Origin: Elusimicrobia bacterium GWC2_61_19
GTDB taxonomy: Bacteria > Elusimicrobiota > Elusimicrobia > Elusimicrobiales > UBA9959
Assembly: GCA_001799795.1 (NCBI GenBank)
Contig: MGUD01000025.1
Location: forward strand, 75,414-139,413
Length of the DNA stretch: 64,000 nt
Reading direction: 5' to 3'
The position numbers and the translations under genes were made by a program. The stretch's first letter is position 1, and each line of letters starts with the position of its first letter. A model generated the notes under the pieces. The model ran no database searches and was not told the DNA's origin. It was given only the letters and a program-made list of their open reading frames with translations. Shown here piece by piece: positions 26,052-37,097 of this stretch.

Positions 26052-27821
26052 ATGGCTGAAAAAGGTTTGTCCATAAATATTTCCAAGCGCCTCGGCGAAA
26101 TGCTGGTCACTTCCGGCCTGATAACCGCCGCCCAGCTCAATGAAGTGCTGGAGATGCAGCGCACCACCGGCAGCAAGCTGGGCCACCTCCTCGTCCACAA
26201 GAAATACATAGAAGAGCGCAGCCTGCTGGAATTTCTCAGCAAGCAGTTCGGCATAGAGTTCGTGGACCTGCGCGGTTTCGAGGCGCCCGCGGAAGTCCTG
26301 AAGATCATCCCGGAGAACATCGCCCGCCGCTACGGCCTGATCGCCGTGCAGAAGACGGAGAACAAGCTGAAGGTGGCGATGGAGGACCCGCTCAACATCG
26401 TGGTCCTTGACGATCTGAAGATGATGACCGGTTACGACATAAAGCCGGTCTTCGGCTCGGAATCCGACATCTCCGCCGCGATAGACAAGAATTACGGCTC
26501 AAAAACCTCCAAGGAAGCGCTCGACGACATCCTCAGGAGGACCACCGGCGGCACCACCGAGGTGTCCCTGGTCACCGAAGACGGATCGAATGGCGGGGGC
26601 GACGACCTTATCTCGCTGGAAGAGAAGGGGGAGGCCGCCCCCATAGTGCAGATGGTGAACCTCATCATCTCTTCCGCCATAAAGGCGCACGCTTCCGATA
26701 TCCATATCGAGCCCACCTATAAGGATACCAAGGTCCGTTTCCGCATAGACGGCGTGCTGCACGCGCAGCCCTCGCCGCCTAAAAAATTCCATAACGCGAT
26801 AATCAGCCGCCTCAAGATCATGGCCACGCTGGATATTTCCGAGCGGCGCCTGCCGCAGGACGGCCGCACCAAGCTCAAGATCGAGGACCACGAGATAGAC
26901 CTGCGTATTTCCATCCTGCCCTGCGGCCCGGGGGAAAAGGTGGTCATGCGTATCCTGGATTCCTCCGGCCTGAAACTCAGGCTGGAAGACCTGGGGATGG
27001 AGCCGGAGAACCTGGCGATCTTCTCTAAGTGCCTGAAGGCCCCGCACGGCATCAACCTCATCACCGGGCCCACGGGGTCCGGTAAGTCCACCACCCTTTA
27101 CTCGGCTCTGGCCACGCTCAACGCGCCCGACGTGAATATCGTCACCATCGAGGACCCCATCGAATACAACCTGGAGGGCATCAACCAGGTGATGGTGAAC
27201 GCCGACGTGGGACTTACCTTCGCCTCCGGTCTGCGTTCTTTCCTGCGCCAGGACCCGGATATCATAATGGTGGGCGAAATAAGGGACTTCGAGACGATGT
27301 CCACCGCCATAAACGCCGCCATGACCGGCCACCTGGTCTTCTCCACCCTGCACACCAACGACGCCCCCGGCGCCATAACCCGCATCGGCATGATGGGCGT
27401 GGAGCCCTTCCTGACCTCCTCCACCCTGCTGATGGTGGTGGCGCAGCGTCTTGTGCGCGGCATCTGCAAGAATTGCAAGGAAACCTACGAGGTGAAGCCG
27501 GAACTGCTGGTAAGCCTGGGCGTCTCCAAAGCCGTCCTTGATAACCATATTAAAAATGGTAAAATAACGCTGTCGAGGGGCAGGGGCTGCGACCTCTGCG
27601 CCAAGACCGGTTATAAGGGGCGCATGGGTATCCACGAGATACTTGAGATCAACGATGTCATCAGGGGCCTTATCATAGAGAAGGCGCACGTTTCCAAGAT
27701 AAAAGAGGCCGGCTGCAAGAACGGCATGATAACCCTGAGAGAGTCGGCTTTGCGCAAGCTTTTTATCGGCGCGACCACGGTGGAAGAAGTCATACGCGTG
27801 ACCGGGTCGGGTGTGGATTAA
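26052..27821 (+). CDS. pilB: Type IV pilus assembly ATPase PilB with MshEN domain
   Basis: RLGEMLVTSGLI…LEMQ, ASDIHIEP, GPTGSGKST, LRQDPD, tetra-Cys Zn motif. Confidence 0.95.
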   Translation: MAEKGLSINISKRLGEMLVTSGLITAAQLNEVLEMQRTTGSKLGHLLVHKKYIEERSLLEFLSKQFGIEFVDLRGFEAPAEVLKIIPENIARRYGLIAVQKTENKLKVAMEDPLNIVVLDDLKMMTGYDIKPVFGSESDISAAIDKNYGSKTSKEALDDILRRTTGGTTEVSLVTEDGSNGGGDDLISLEEKGEAAPIVQMVNLIISSAIKAHASDIHIEPTYKDTKVRFRIDGVLHAQPSPPKKFHNAIISRLKIMATLDISERRLPQDGRTKLKIEDHEIDLRISILPCGPGEKVVMRILDSSGLKLRLEDLGMEPENLAIFSKCLKAPHGINLITGPTGSGKSTTLYSALATLNAPDVNIVTIEDPIEYNLEGINQVMVNADVGLTFASGLRSFLRQDPDIIMVGEIRDFETMSTAINAAMTGHLVFSTLHTNDAPGAITRIGMMGVEPFLTSSTLLMVVAQRLVRGICKNCKETYEVKPELLVSLGVSKAVLDNHIKNGKITLSRGRGCDLCAKTGYKGRMGIHEILEINDVIRGLIIEKAHVSKIKEAGCKNGMITLRESALRKLFIGATTVEEVIRVTGSGVD

Positions 27822-27884
27822 GGGCGCCGCGGGCCGGAAACCCGGCGCGGCACGGATCTTCAGCGGGCAAACAGGAGCTATTTC

Positions 27885-28961
<1,077 letters not shown>

Positions 28962-28964
28962 AAA

Positions 28965-30158
28965 ATGCAATTCGCTTATAAAGCCAAGGAAAGCGGCGGC
29001 AAGACCGTCGAAGGCGTAGTCGAGGCGGCCGACCAGAAGGCCGCCCTCGCCCGTCTGCGCGAACAGAAGCTGTCCGTGGTGGAGATCAAGCAGGGCGGGG
29101 CGAGGAAGCCCTTTTTTAAGCCCAAGGTTGACAGCAAGGATATCGTTATCTTTTCCCGCCAGCTTTCCACGCTGGTGTCCGCCGGCGTGCCCATAGTGCA
29201 GGGGTTGAACATCCTTGAGGCGCAGGCGGAAAACCCTGCCTTTAAATCTGTCGTGAGCGCTCTGCGCGGCGACATCGAAGCGGGGCTTTCCATCGCCGAC
29301 GCCATGAAGAAGCATCCGCAGGCCTTCAGCGAGCTCTACGTCGCCATGATCAAGGCCGGCGAAGTGGGCGGTATCCTCGACACCATTCTCGAGCGGCTTT
29401 CCGGCTTCCTGGAATCCTCCGAGCAGCTGCGCGCCAAAGTAAAGAGCGCGCTGATGTACCCGGCGGTGGTGTTCAGCGTGGCTGGCCTTATCACCATCTT
29501 CCTGATCATGTTCGTCATCCCCATCTTCAAGGACATCTTTTCCAGCTTCGGCGCGGAACTGCCTTTCCTGACGCGGGTCATGATAACCCTTTCCGATTTC
29601 CTGCGTGAGAAGATACTCTATGTCCTTCCGTTCATGGTCGGCGGCGGCTGGCTGTTCAAGCGCTGGCTGAAGACCGACAAGGGGCAGGAGAAAGTGGACG
29701 CGATCTCGCTCAAACTGCCGATATTCGGCATACTGCTCAAGAAAGTAGCCATCGCCAGGTTCACCCGTACGCTTGGCACGCTGATAAAGTCCGGCGTGCC
29801 CATCCTGCAGGGCCTGGAAACCGTGGCCAAAACCTCCGGCAACAAGATCATCGAGCGGGCCATCAACGGCAGCCGCGACTCCATTAAAGAAGGCGGCCGC
29901 ATCTCCGACCCCCTCAAGAAAGCCAATATTTTCCCGCCGATGGTCATCCAGATGATAAGCGTCGGCGAAGAGACCGGCGGCCTGGACACCATGCTGAACA
30001 AGATAGCTGATTTCTACGACCAGGAGGTCGACACCGCCGTAAAGGGCCTCACCTCCATGATAGAACCCCTCATCATAGTCTTCCTGGGCGTCGTCGTCGG
30101 CACCATCGTCATCGCCATGTTCATGCCCATGTTCAGCCTGGGCGAAATGGTCGGTTAA
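28965..30158 (+). CDS. pilC: Type IV pilus inner-membrane platform protein PilC
   Basis: FSRQLSTLVSAGVP, GEVGG, VGEETG, IEPLII. Confidence 0.96.
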   Translation: MQFAYKAKESGGKTVEGVVEAADQKAALARLREQKLSVVEIKQGGARKPFFKPKVDSKDIVIFSRQLSTLVSAGVPIVQGLNILEAQAENPAFKSVVSALRGDIEAGLSIADAMKKHPQAFSELYVAMIKAGEVGGILDTILERLSGFLESSEQLRAKVKSALMYPAVVFSVAGLITIFLIMFVIPIFKDIFSSFGAELPFLTRVMITLSDFLREKILYVLPFMVGGGWLFKRWLKTDKGQEKVDAISLKLPIFGILLKKVAIARFTRTLGTLIKSGVPILQGLETVAKTSGNKIIERAINGSRDSIKEGGRISDPLKKANIFPPMVIQMISVGEETGGLDTMLNKIADFYDQEVDTAVKGLTSMIEPLIIVFLGVVVGTIVIAMFMPMFSLGEMVG

Positions 30159-30178
30159 AGATATCTCCAAAAAAAACT

Positions 30179-30205
30179 AAAAGCCCGGAACATCCGGGCT
30201 TTTTT
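30179..30205. terminator. Bidirectional rho-independent terminator
   Basis: AAAAGCCCGGA…TCCGGGCTTTTTT between convergent genes. Confidence 0.85.
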
Positions 30206-30251
30206 ATCTGCTACGCTGCGGGCAACGGCCGAGGGGGGCGTGAGGCAGCTC

Positions 30252-31607
30252 CTATGTTTCAGAGATGCTCAGCCAGTTGAACGCGCCGCCCAGTATACGC
30301 AGTATTTGCGAGGGGGAGCAGAAGTAGCTGAACCAGGCGCGGAGCGTATACAGCCACAGCGTCGTGCCGGAGAGGGCGGTTTGCCGCGGTTCATAAGGCC
30401 GCCCCGGCCATTGGGAGGACCAGCCCGTCCAGTCCGTATCCGGCCTGTCGTAGTCCTTGTAATACTTTTCAAAGATGGCGGTGCCGGGGAAAGGGATCAG
30501 CGTATTGAACACGCTGATCGTGGACTTCAATTTTCTGGAGAAAGCTATGGTCTCTTTTATGGTCTCCCTGGTCTCCCCTTCATTCCCGATTATGAACGAG
30601 GTATAAGGTTCAAGGCCGTGCCTGCGCAGCAGGCCGCAGCATTTCTCGGCCATTTCCAGCGTAGTGCCTTTGCCGATAAGATCGTTTATGCGCTGGCTGC
30701 CCGTCTCTATCCCCAGCTGCACGCGCACACATCCGGCCTTTTTCAGTTTAACTATCAGCGACTCGTCCAGCAGGGTGTTCACGCGCCCGGCGGCGTCCCA
30801 GGCTATTTTCAGTCTTTTGCTTATTATCAGGTCGCATATGCGGTGCGCCCTGTTGTTGTCGGCGGTGAAGCAGTCATCCAGTATGTGAAAGAACCTGGAC
30901 CCGTATTTTTTCATCAGGTGCTCTATTTCGGCCACCACACGCTCCGGGCTGTGCGGACGGAACTTGCGGCCCATGCAGATGTTGGCGCAGAAATTGCATT
31001 GGCCGGGGCAGCCGCGGCTGGTTATTATCTTCTCGTTGCCCAGCCTGGCGGCTCCGCCGTTGAGAAGGTCCAGCGCCGGGTACGGCAGGCTGTCCAGGTC
31101 CGCGACCGGTTCCGCGCGCGCATTCTCAAAGTACCGGCCCTCCCTGATAAAGGCCGCGCCGGGTATTTTTTCGAAATCCAGCCCGCCGGTCTTATCGAAC
31201 TGGGCTGCCAGGGCCAGCATGGGGAGCTCGCCTTCGCCGGCTATTACCGCGTCCAATGCCGGCAGCCCCAGCAGCGTAGAGCGCGGCAGGGCAGTCGGAT
31301 GAGGCCCCCCCATGACCACGGGGCAGCCGAAACGCCGTTTAACTTCACCGGTAACGCGCCGGGCTTCCATGAAGTTGCGCGTGACAGCGGAGAGGCCGAC
31401 GATATCCGGCTTGAAGGTTTCCAGTTCCCGCCAGACGCGGGCCATCGGCATGAGGAACAGATCGGGGATAAATATGGCGGCGGTATGCCCGGATTCCCGC
31501 AGGCAACCGGCTATGTAGCCCAGCCCCGACGGGAAATCCTCATGGCTCCTGACGGATATCCGGAGCATGGGTTCGGGGCAGGACGGGTATATGAGGGCGA
31601 CACGCAT
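30252..31607 (-). CDS. B12-binding radical SAM protein
   Basis: N-terminal cobalamin-binding fold (GGPHPT, GEGE); SRGCPGQCNFC CxxxCxxC. Confidence 0.92.
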   Translation of the reverse strand: MRVALIYPSCPEPMLRISVRSHEDFPSGLGYIAGCLRESGHTAAIFIPDLFLMPMARVWRELETFKPDIVGLSAVTRNFMEARRVTGEVKRRFGCPVVMGGPHPTALPRSTLLGLPALDAVIAGEGELPMLALAAQFDKTGGLDFEKIPGAAFIREGRYFENARAEPVADLDSLPYPALDLLNGGAARLGNEKIITSRGCPGQCNFCANICMGRKFRPHSPERVVAEIEHLMKKYGSRFFHILDDCFTADNNRAHRICDLIISKRLKIAWDAAGRVNTLLDESLIVKLKKAGCVRVQLGIETGSQRINDLIGKGTTLEMAEKCCGLLRRHGLEPYTSFIIGNEGETRETIKETIAFSRKLKSTISVFNTLIPFPGTAIFEKYYKDYDRPDTDWTGWSSQWPGRPYEPRQTALSGTTLWLYTLRAWFSYFCSPSQILRILGGAFNWLSISET

Positions 31608-31683
31608 CGGGCTTTATTATACACTATGGCCTTTTTACCGTAAAGGCTCAAAACGCCGTTTTGTTTTGCAAAAACAAACTGCG

Positions 31684-32025
31684 TTAAGGCTGAATTTTCA
31701 AGCAACGCGCCGGAAGAAGGGGGGAAAGTAATCGTGCCCTTTCTTTTTTAAGGAGGTTTAGTTTGGCTTTCGGGCCGCCCGGGGCGGAGAAACCGCCAAG
31801 AGAGCCGTCGGACTTGATCACCCGGTGGCAGGGCACCACCGGCGCGAAAGGATTCTTCCCCAGGGCCGAGCCCACCGCCCTGACGGCGCCCGGTTTTCCT
31901 ATCTGTTCCGCCACCCACTTATAACTGCGCGTCTCGCCTTCCGGGATGCGCATGCAAGCCTTCCACACCGCCTGTTGGAACAGCGTATACCCCTTCATCT
32001 TCTCAAATATTTCTTTTCTATTCAT
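31684..32025 (-). CDS. ogt: Methylated-DNA--protein-cysteine methyltransferase (C-terminal domain only)
   Basis: RAVGSALGKNP…PCHRV active site. Confidence 0.9.
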   Translation of the reverse strand: MNRKEIFEKMKGYTLFQQAVWKACMRIPEGETRSYKWVAEQIGKPGAVRAVGSALGKNPFAPVVPCHRVIKSDGSLGGFSAPGGPKAKLNLLKKERARLLSPLLPARCLKIQP

Positions 32026-32059
32026 AACCTTAGCGAGGAGTTGGCCTTGTAATGTTTAC

Positions 32060-32200
32060 CTGGCTGACGCCTGCGGGACCGGGTTAGCAAAACCCTGCCG
32101 GAGCCCGACGCTTGCGTAAGCGCGGAGGGCGAGGCGGGGAGTGGCGAGCACGGTGTGCGAGACCACGTTTTTGCGTTCCGGTCCCGCAGGCGTCAGCCAG
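32060..32200. mobile_element. MITE/REP-like element with 23-bp perfect terminal inverted repeats
   Basis: CTGGCTGACGCCTGCGGGACCGG (32060-82) and its reverse complement (32178-200); internal 17-mer shared with the 23.2-kb repeat. Confidence 0.65.
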
Positions 32201-32203
32201 CCA

Positions 32204-33508
32204 TTACTCCGCCAACTCCGAGCGCCCTCGCAATTTGCGGTGATACGTTATCCCGAACCTGTGCGCCTCGTCGCGCAGCGCCTGCAGCAGGCGCAGGCCC
32301 GGGTTCGCCCGGTCCAGCAGCAGCGGCCGCGCGCGCAGAGGGGAGTAGATCTCCTCCAGCCGCTTGGCCAGACTGATAACCGGCAGCTTCACCTTCGCCG
32401 CCGCCATCGCCTTCATCGCCGCCGCCAGCTGCCCCGGCCCGCCGTCTATCACCAGCAGGTCCGGCAGCGGCTCGCCCTTCTTCGTTATCTGCGCCAGCCG
32501 CCGCCCCACGATCTCCTCTATCATCGCAAAATCGTTAGAGCCCTCCGGCGCGTTCTTGAAATTGATCTTATAATGCCGGTAATGCGCCGTGTTTTTCTCG
32601 CCGTTGATAAAACAGACGGAGGAGCCCACCGCCTGCCGGCCGAAAAGACTCGAAGTATCGAACGCCTCTATGTGCGCCGGCGGGCGCGCCAGGCCCAGCG
32701 CCTCCTTTAAGGCCGTCACCGACCCCGTGCGCCCGGTCGCCTTCTCCAGAAAGTCCGGATCCAGCTTGCTCACCAGGACGCGTTCCTCCATGTGCGCGAA
32801 AGCGTTGAGAAAGTCGCGGTACATACCGGCCTCCTCGAAGGCCAGCCCGGCCGAGGCGGCCGCCATTTTCTTTTTAAAGGCCGCGCGCAGCTTTTTGTAG
32901 TCGCCTTTCAGGAAATCCGCCACCCGGCCCGCCAGTGCGGCATAGGCCGCTTTTGAGATCTTCCCCGCGCACGGGGCCGTGCACTGCCCCGTGTGGAAAT
33001 AAAGACAGGTCTTTATCTTGCGCTCGTCCAGGGGCTTGGCCACGGAAAAATCCCAGCGGCAGCGGCGCAGGTTTATGAACTTTATACGCGACAGGTAGCC
33101 CAGCAGTTTTTTGACCGGCTCAACTTTCGGGAATGGTCCGAAGTATTGGCCGCCGTCCCGAAGCTTCCTGCGGGTGAAGAAGAGGCGGGGAAAATCTTCG
33201 CGCGTGATCTCAACATAGGGATAGGTCTTGGAGTCCTTCCACATCTCGTTGAAGAAGGGCTGCAGCTTGTAGATCAGCTGGCGTTCGGTGAGCAGGGCTT
33301 CGCGCTCGCTCGAGGCGGCCACATAATCAATGCGGCGTATCAGGGCCACCAGGTTGGGGATCTTCCAGCGCCGGTCGCCGGGGTTCTTCTGGAAGTACTG
33401 CGTCACCCGCGCGCGCAGGTCCTTGGCCTTGCCCACATAAAGCACGGTGCCGGCGGCGTCGCGCATCAGGTAGACGCCGGGGGTATCGGGCAGGTGTGAC
33501 AGGTCCAT
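32204..33508 (-). CDS. uvrC: Excinuclease ABC subunit C, short form lacking the C-terminal HhH domain
   Basis: GIY-YIG (PGVYLM…YVGKAK), Cys cluster, IEAFDTS, IDGGPGQ, RDEAHRF. Confidence 0.9.
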   Translation of the reverse strand: MDLSHLPDTPGVYLMRDAAGTVLYVGKAKDLRARVTQYFQKNPGDRRWKIPNLVALIRRIDYVAASSEREALLTERQLIYKLQPFFNEMWKDSKTYPYVEITREDFPRLFFTRRKLRDGGQYFGPFPKVEPVKKLLGYLSRIKFINLRRCRWDFSVAKPLDERKIKTCLYFHTGQCTAPCAGKISKAAYAALAGRVADFLKGDYKKLRAAFKKKMAAASAGLAFEEAGMYRDFLNAFAHMEERVLVSKLDPDFLEKATGRTGSVTALKEALGLARPPAHIEAFDTSSLFGRQAVGSSVCFINGEKNTAHYRHYKINFKNAPEGSNDFAMIEEIVGRRLAQITKKGEPLPDLLVIDGGPGQLAAAMKAMAAAKVKLPVISLAKRLEEIYSPLRARPLLLDRANPGLRLLQALRDEAHRFGITYHRKLRGRSELAE

Positions 33509-33513
33509 AGCCG

Positions 33514-35094
33514 CTAGAATTTACCGCCGGTTATCAGTTTGCTTTCTTCCACTCCCAGGAGTTTCAGGGCCAGGAAATAGACCACTACGGCTCCGGGCAC
33601 CGCGACGGCCGTCACCAGCAGGGGGCCCGCCGGTTCCAGGGCCAGCTTCAGGGCCAGGGCCGCCAGCCCGGCGGCCGCGGCGGCCAGCGCCGGTCGGAAA
33701 ACCGGCAGGTCGGAGAGCGGGCTTAGCCCCGTTCTCCTTTTTAAGATCAGCATTAAAACCAGCGCCGCCGCCCAGGAACTCAGCGACGTGGCCAGCATCA
33801 GCCCGCCGGCGCCCAGGGCACGGGCCAGCGGCAGGCACAGCAGGGCGTTCAAGGCCAGCTGCCCGGAAATTATCACCATCGGTTCTTTATGCCTGCCCAG
33901 CGCGTAAAGCGCCGAGATGGAAACTTTGTTGAAGCCGTAGGCCGGCAGCCCCAGGGCCAGCCAGAAAAGGGTCTGCGAGGTCAGCAGGCTTTGCGCCGGC
34001 AGGAACTTGCCGTGCTCGAACAGTGCGCGGCAGATGGGCAGCGCGGTAACGGCTATGCCGACGGCCGCAGGCAGCATGATCAGCCAGGAAGCCGCGAGGG
34101 ACAGCTTCAAGTGGGCGCGGAACCCTTCGGTATCGCCGGCGGCGCTGCGGCCGGCCAGTTCCGGCAGGGAGACCGAAGCGGCGGCCGCGGCGAAAAGCGA
34201 AACAGGGAATTGCACCAGCCGCGCCGAGTTATAGATGGCCGTGATGGCGCCCGCGGGCAGAAAACTCGCGTAGGCCGTGCTGATGAGCATGGACACCTGG
34301 TCCTGGGCCAGCGCCAGGGCCGCCGGGCCGGCCGCCAGCAGGGCCGGCGCGGCGGAAAGGTTCTTAAGCGGATTGGTGAACTTGAGCCCGTAGCCCTCGC
34401 GCCTTAGCGCCGGGACCAGCGCCAGCACCTGCACAAGGCCGGAGGCGGAGGCGGCCGCGGCCAGCAGTATGATCTTGCCGCGGTCGTCCAGGGCGCTGAA
34501 GAAGCCGCGGTGGAAAGCGAGCAGCACGCCGATGACGGCTACCGAGAAGGCCGCCGGCGCCAGCGCCGGGAAGAAGAATTTTCTCGCCGAATTCAGCGCC
34601 GCCGTAAATAGCGCGGACACGTTGACGAACAGCAGGTGGGGCATCAGGGCGGCCGTCAGCAGCGCCGTCAGCTCCAGCTGCCCGGGCGTTCCCTTGAACC
34701 CCCAGGCGGCCAGGGTGACCAGTTCCCGCCTGAAGATCACGCCCGCCAGGCCTACGAGCGCGGAAGAGCAGAATATGAAAGTCCAGGCGGAGGAGAAGAA
34801 AACGCGGGCGGCGTCGCCGCGCCTGGCCTTTTCTTTCTCAAGAAGGGGGATAAAAACGGCGTTCAGGGCGCCTTCCCCAACGGTGCGCCTGAAGATATTG
34901 ACCAGCCGGAAAGCCGCGTAGTAGGCGTCCGCCAGGGCGCCGCCCCCGAAAAAAGCCACGAACAGCGCGTCCCTGGCGTAGCCGAGGGCCTTTGTTATAA
35001 GCCCGGCCCCCGCCAGGCCGGTCATGCCGCGCGCGAAAGCCCTGTTGTGGCTTTCTACGCCGGGCTGGGGGATTAAATTTGCTTTTATACCCAT
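33514..35094 (-). CDS. murJ: Lipid II flippase MurJ (start uncertain: 35094 or 35025)
   Basis: LGYARD, ADAYYAAFR, GEGAL, RLVQFP, LFEHGKF; about 13-14 TMs. Confidence 0.92.
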   Translation of the reverse strand: MGIKANLIPQPGVESHNRAFARGMTGLAGAGLITKALGYARDALFVAFFGGGALADAYYAAFRLVNIFRRTVGEGALNAVFIPLLEKEKARRGDAARVFFSSAWTFIFCSSALVGLAGVIFRRELVTLAAWGFKGTPGQLELTALLTAALMPHLLFVNVSALFTAALNSARKFFFPALAPAAFSVAVIGVLLAFHRGFFSALDDRGKIILLAAAASASGLVQVLALVPALRREGYGLKFTNPLKNLSAAPALLAAGPAALALAQDQVSMLISTAYASFLPAGAITAIYNSARLVQFPVSLFAAAAASVSLPELAGRSAAGDTEGFRAHLKLSLAASWLIMLPAAVGIAVTALPICRALFEHGKFLPAQSLLTSQTLFWLALGLPAYGFNKVSISALYALGRHKEPMVIISGQLALNALLCLPLARALGAGGLMLATSLSSWAAALVLMLILKRRTGLSPLSDLPVFRPALAAAAAGLAALALKLALEPAGPLLVTAVAVPGAVVVYFLALKLLGVEESKLITGGKF

Positions 35095-35107
35095 AGAATG
35101 ATAAACT
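35079..35107 (+). promoter_or_regulatory. Sigma70 promoter of rpsT
   Basis: TTGCTT, 17 bp, TGA-TAAACT. Confidence 0.6.
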
Positions 35108-35116
35108 ATGTTCACT

Positions 35117-35413
35117 ATGGCAAAACTCAAGACCGGAAGACATACCAGCGCTATCAAAGCCTGGCGCAAATCAGAGAAACTGGCCTCCAAGAACAGAGGC
35201 ATAAAAACCAGGATTCACGACACCTCGAAAGAATTCAGCACCCTCGTCGCCAAGAAGGACATGGAAAACGCGCAGAAAATGCTGCCGAAAACCTACTCCA
35301 TTCTGGACAAGGCTGCCAAGTCCGGGACTATCCACTGGAAAGCGGCCGCCCGCAAAAAGTCCCGCCTCTCGGCGCGCATCAAGTCGATAGCGCAGAATCC
35401 CTCGGTTAAATAA
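35117..35413 (+). CDS. rpsT: 30S ribosomal protein S20
   Basis: SAIKA…N…K; LDKAAKSGTIHWKAAARKKSRL. Confidence 0.95.
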   Translation: MAKLKTGRHTSAIKAWRKSEKLASKNRGIKTRIHDTSKEFSTLVAKKDMENAQKMLPKTYSILDKAAKSGTIHWKAAARKKSRLSARIKSIAQNPSVK

Positions 35414-35436
35414 ACTTTCTTCTTCAGGAAGAACCG

Positions 35437-35462
35437 CCCCGGCGCAGTTGGCCGGGGTTTTT
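35437..35462 (+). terminator. Rho-independent terminator after rpsT
   Basis: CCCCGGC…GCCGGGG-TTTTT. Confidence 0.75.
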
Positions 35463-35479
35463 GCCGTTACCTGCCGCCG

Positions 35480-36481
35480 CTATTTTCCCGCCGTTATCTC
35501 TTGGACCAGCTGGCGCACTATAAGGCCGGGGTCCCTCTTCGACGAAGATTTAAGGAGCTCCTCCGCCTCCAGGCAGCGCCTGAGGCTGCGCAGCAGCTTG
35601 TCCTCGCTGTAGGCCGCCGCGTCGCGCTGGGCCGCGTGGTACTGGCCGGGGGACATGCCGGCCTGGTAGCAGGCGGCGGGGCCTTCGCCGGCGGCCGCCA
35701 GGCGCCTCACCTTAAGCAGGCGTTCCACCGAGCGCGAAACCTGGGAGAGCAGCGCCAGCGGTTCGGTGCCGGCGGCCAGCATGTCTTCCGCGGCCCTGGC
35801 CGCGTCGCCCGCGCGTCTGCCGGCTACCGCGTTGGAGAGTTCAAAAGGGTTCTGCGCCCTGGCGAAGCCGGCCAGAGCGATGGCGTCCTCCGGGCTGAAA
35901 ACGCGGTTGAGCCCGTGCATGTAAAGGGTGATCTTTTCCGCTTCCCCGTCCAGCGTGACCGAGTCGGTGCCCAGCAGCTCTATCAGCAGCTCCAGCGCTT
36001 CCCCGTCCGTCCTTACGCCTTTGGTCAGCAGCACCGAGTTCATGTGCTCTACGGCCTGCTGGTGCGCCATCGGGGCGAAGTTCACCAGGGCGGAGCCGGC
36101 GCTCAGGGCCGCGGGGAAGGGGTCGGCCTTCTCGCGCGGCCAGTCGGACAGCAGCAGCAGACAGGCGCTGGGGCAGGGGTTCTCTATATAGGCCAGCAGG
36201 GTCTTGAGCGGTTCCTTCCGCAGCTTCTCCACCCGCTTTATCGCCACAAAGCGGACTTCCGCCAGCATCGGCGCCGTCTGGGCTTCGTCGAGGGCCTGCG
36301 CTATATCCGTGGTTTCCGCGTCGCGCACCGAGAAGTTGAAAGACTCCGGCCGGAAGATGCTCTCCAAACGCTTGAGCGCGGCGTCTTTCAGCGCCGTTTC
36401 CTCGCCGCAAAGGTAATAAACGGGCCGGGTGGTCTTTTTCGCCCATTCATCCGCGAGGGTTTTAGGTGTCAGGGTCTGCAT
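35480..36481 (-). CDS. holA: DNA polymerase III delta subunit
   Basis: PVYYLCGEE, FNFS, PMLAE; leuS-lptE-holA synteny. Confidence 0.9.
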   Translation of the reverse strand: MQTLTPKTLADEWAKKTTRPVYYLCGEETALKDAALKRLESIFRPESFNFSVRDAETTDIAQALDEAQTAPMLAEVRFVAIKRVEKLRKEPLKTLLAYIENPCPSACLLLLSDWPREKADPFPAALSAGSALVNFAPMAHQQAVEHMNSVLLTKGVRTDGEALELLIELLGTDSVTLDGEAEKITLYMHGLNRVFSPEDAIALAGFARAQNPFELSNAVAGRRAGDAARAAEDMLAAGTEPLALLSQVSRSVERLLKVRRLAAAGEGPAACYQAGMSPGQYHAAQRDAAAYSEDKLLRSLRRCLEAEELLKSSSKRDPGLIVRQLVQEITAGK

Positions 36482-36501
36482 TCTTGAATACCTGTCGCGG
36501 C

Positions 36502-37086
36502 TCAGTGCGCCGTGGTCGTCGAGGTCTGCGTGTCCTGGGAGCCGGGCATTTTTTTCCACGAAGCGCTCGAAACGGAGCCGAAGCCGGACACGGTGCGCAT
36601 CACCACGTCCTTGGCCAGGATCTCCCAGAGCGCTTCCCTGGCCTGTTCCTCGGTGAGGCCGCCGGGGAGGTTGGCGGCCGAGTACATCTTGGTCACCTGC
36701 AGGGCCGGCTCTTCCCAGAGGTAGCGGTTCTGTTCGCGGTCCAGCAGGCGTACGGACGCTATGACGTTAAGCTTGTAGACGGTGGGCACCAGGTTCACGT
36801 CGTACTGGATGGGGGTGAGGATGTAGTGGCTTATCTCGCCCACTATCACGCCCTGGGCGGAGTTCTCCGGCGACACGGAGTATTCGCCGTTCTTGAGGAA
36901 TTCGTCTATGACCTTGAGGGTTATTTTTTCCTCGAGGCCGAACTGCTGCGTCTTATTGGCGAAAGAGCGCACGGCGATGCGTTTTATGTACTGCGGCAGT
37001 TTCTGTTCCGCCGGCCTGTAGACTATTTCCGAACTGGAGCACGCGCCCAGCGCGATCACAGCCGTTATGAACAATAATTTCTTCAT
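36502..37086 (-). CDS. lptE: LPS assembly lipoprotein LptE family
   Basis: Lipobox LGAC; located between leuS and holA. Confidence 0.8.
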   Translation of the reverse strand: MKKLLFITAVIALGACSSSEIVYRPAEQKLPQYIKRIAVRSFANKTQQFGLEEKITLKVIDEFLKNGEYSVSPENSAQGVIVGEISHYILTPIQYDVNLVPTVYKLNVIASVRLLDREQNRYLWEEPALQVTKMYSAANLPGGLTEEQAREALWEILAKDVVMRTVSGFGSVSSASWKKMPGSQDTQTSTTTAH

Positions 37087-37097
37087 GCATCCCCCTG

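Noticed and set aside
35095-35202. Extended murJ N-terminus overlapping rpsT
   Set aside because: ORF-caller over-extension; a later ATG avoids the overlap
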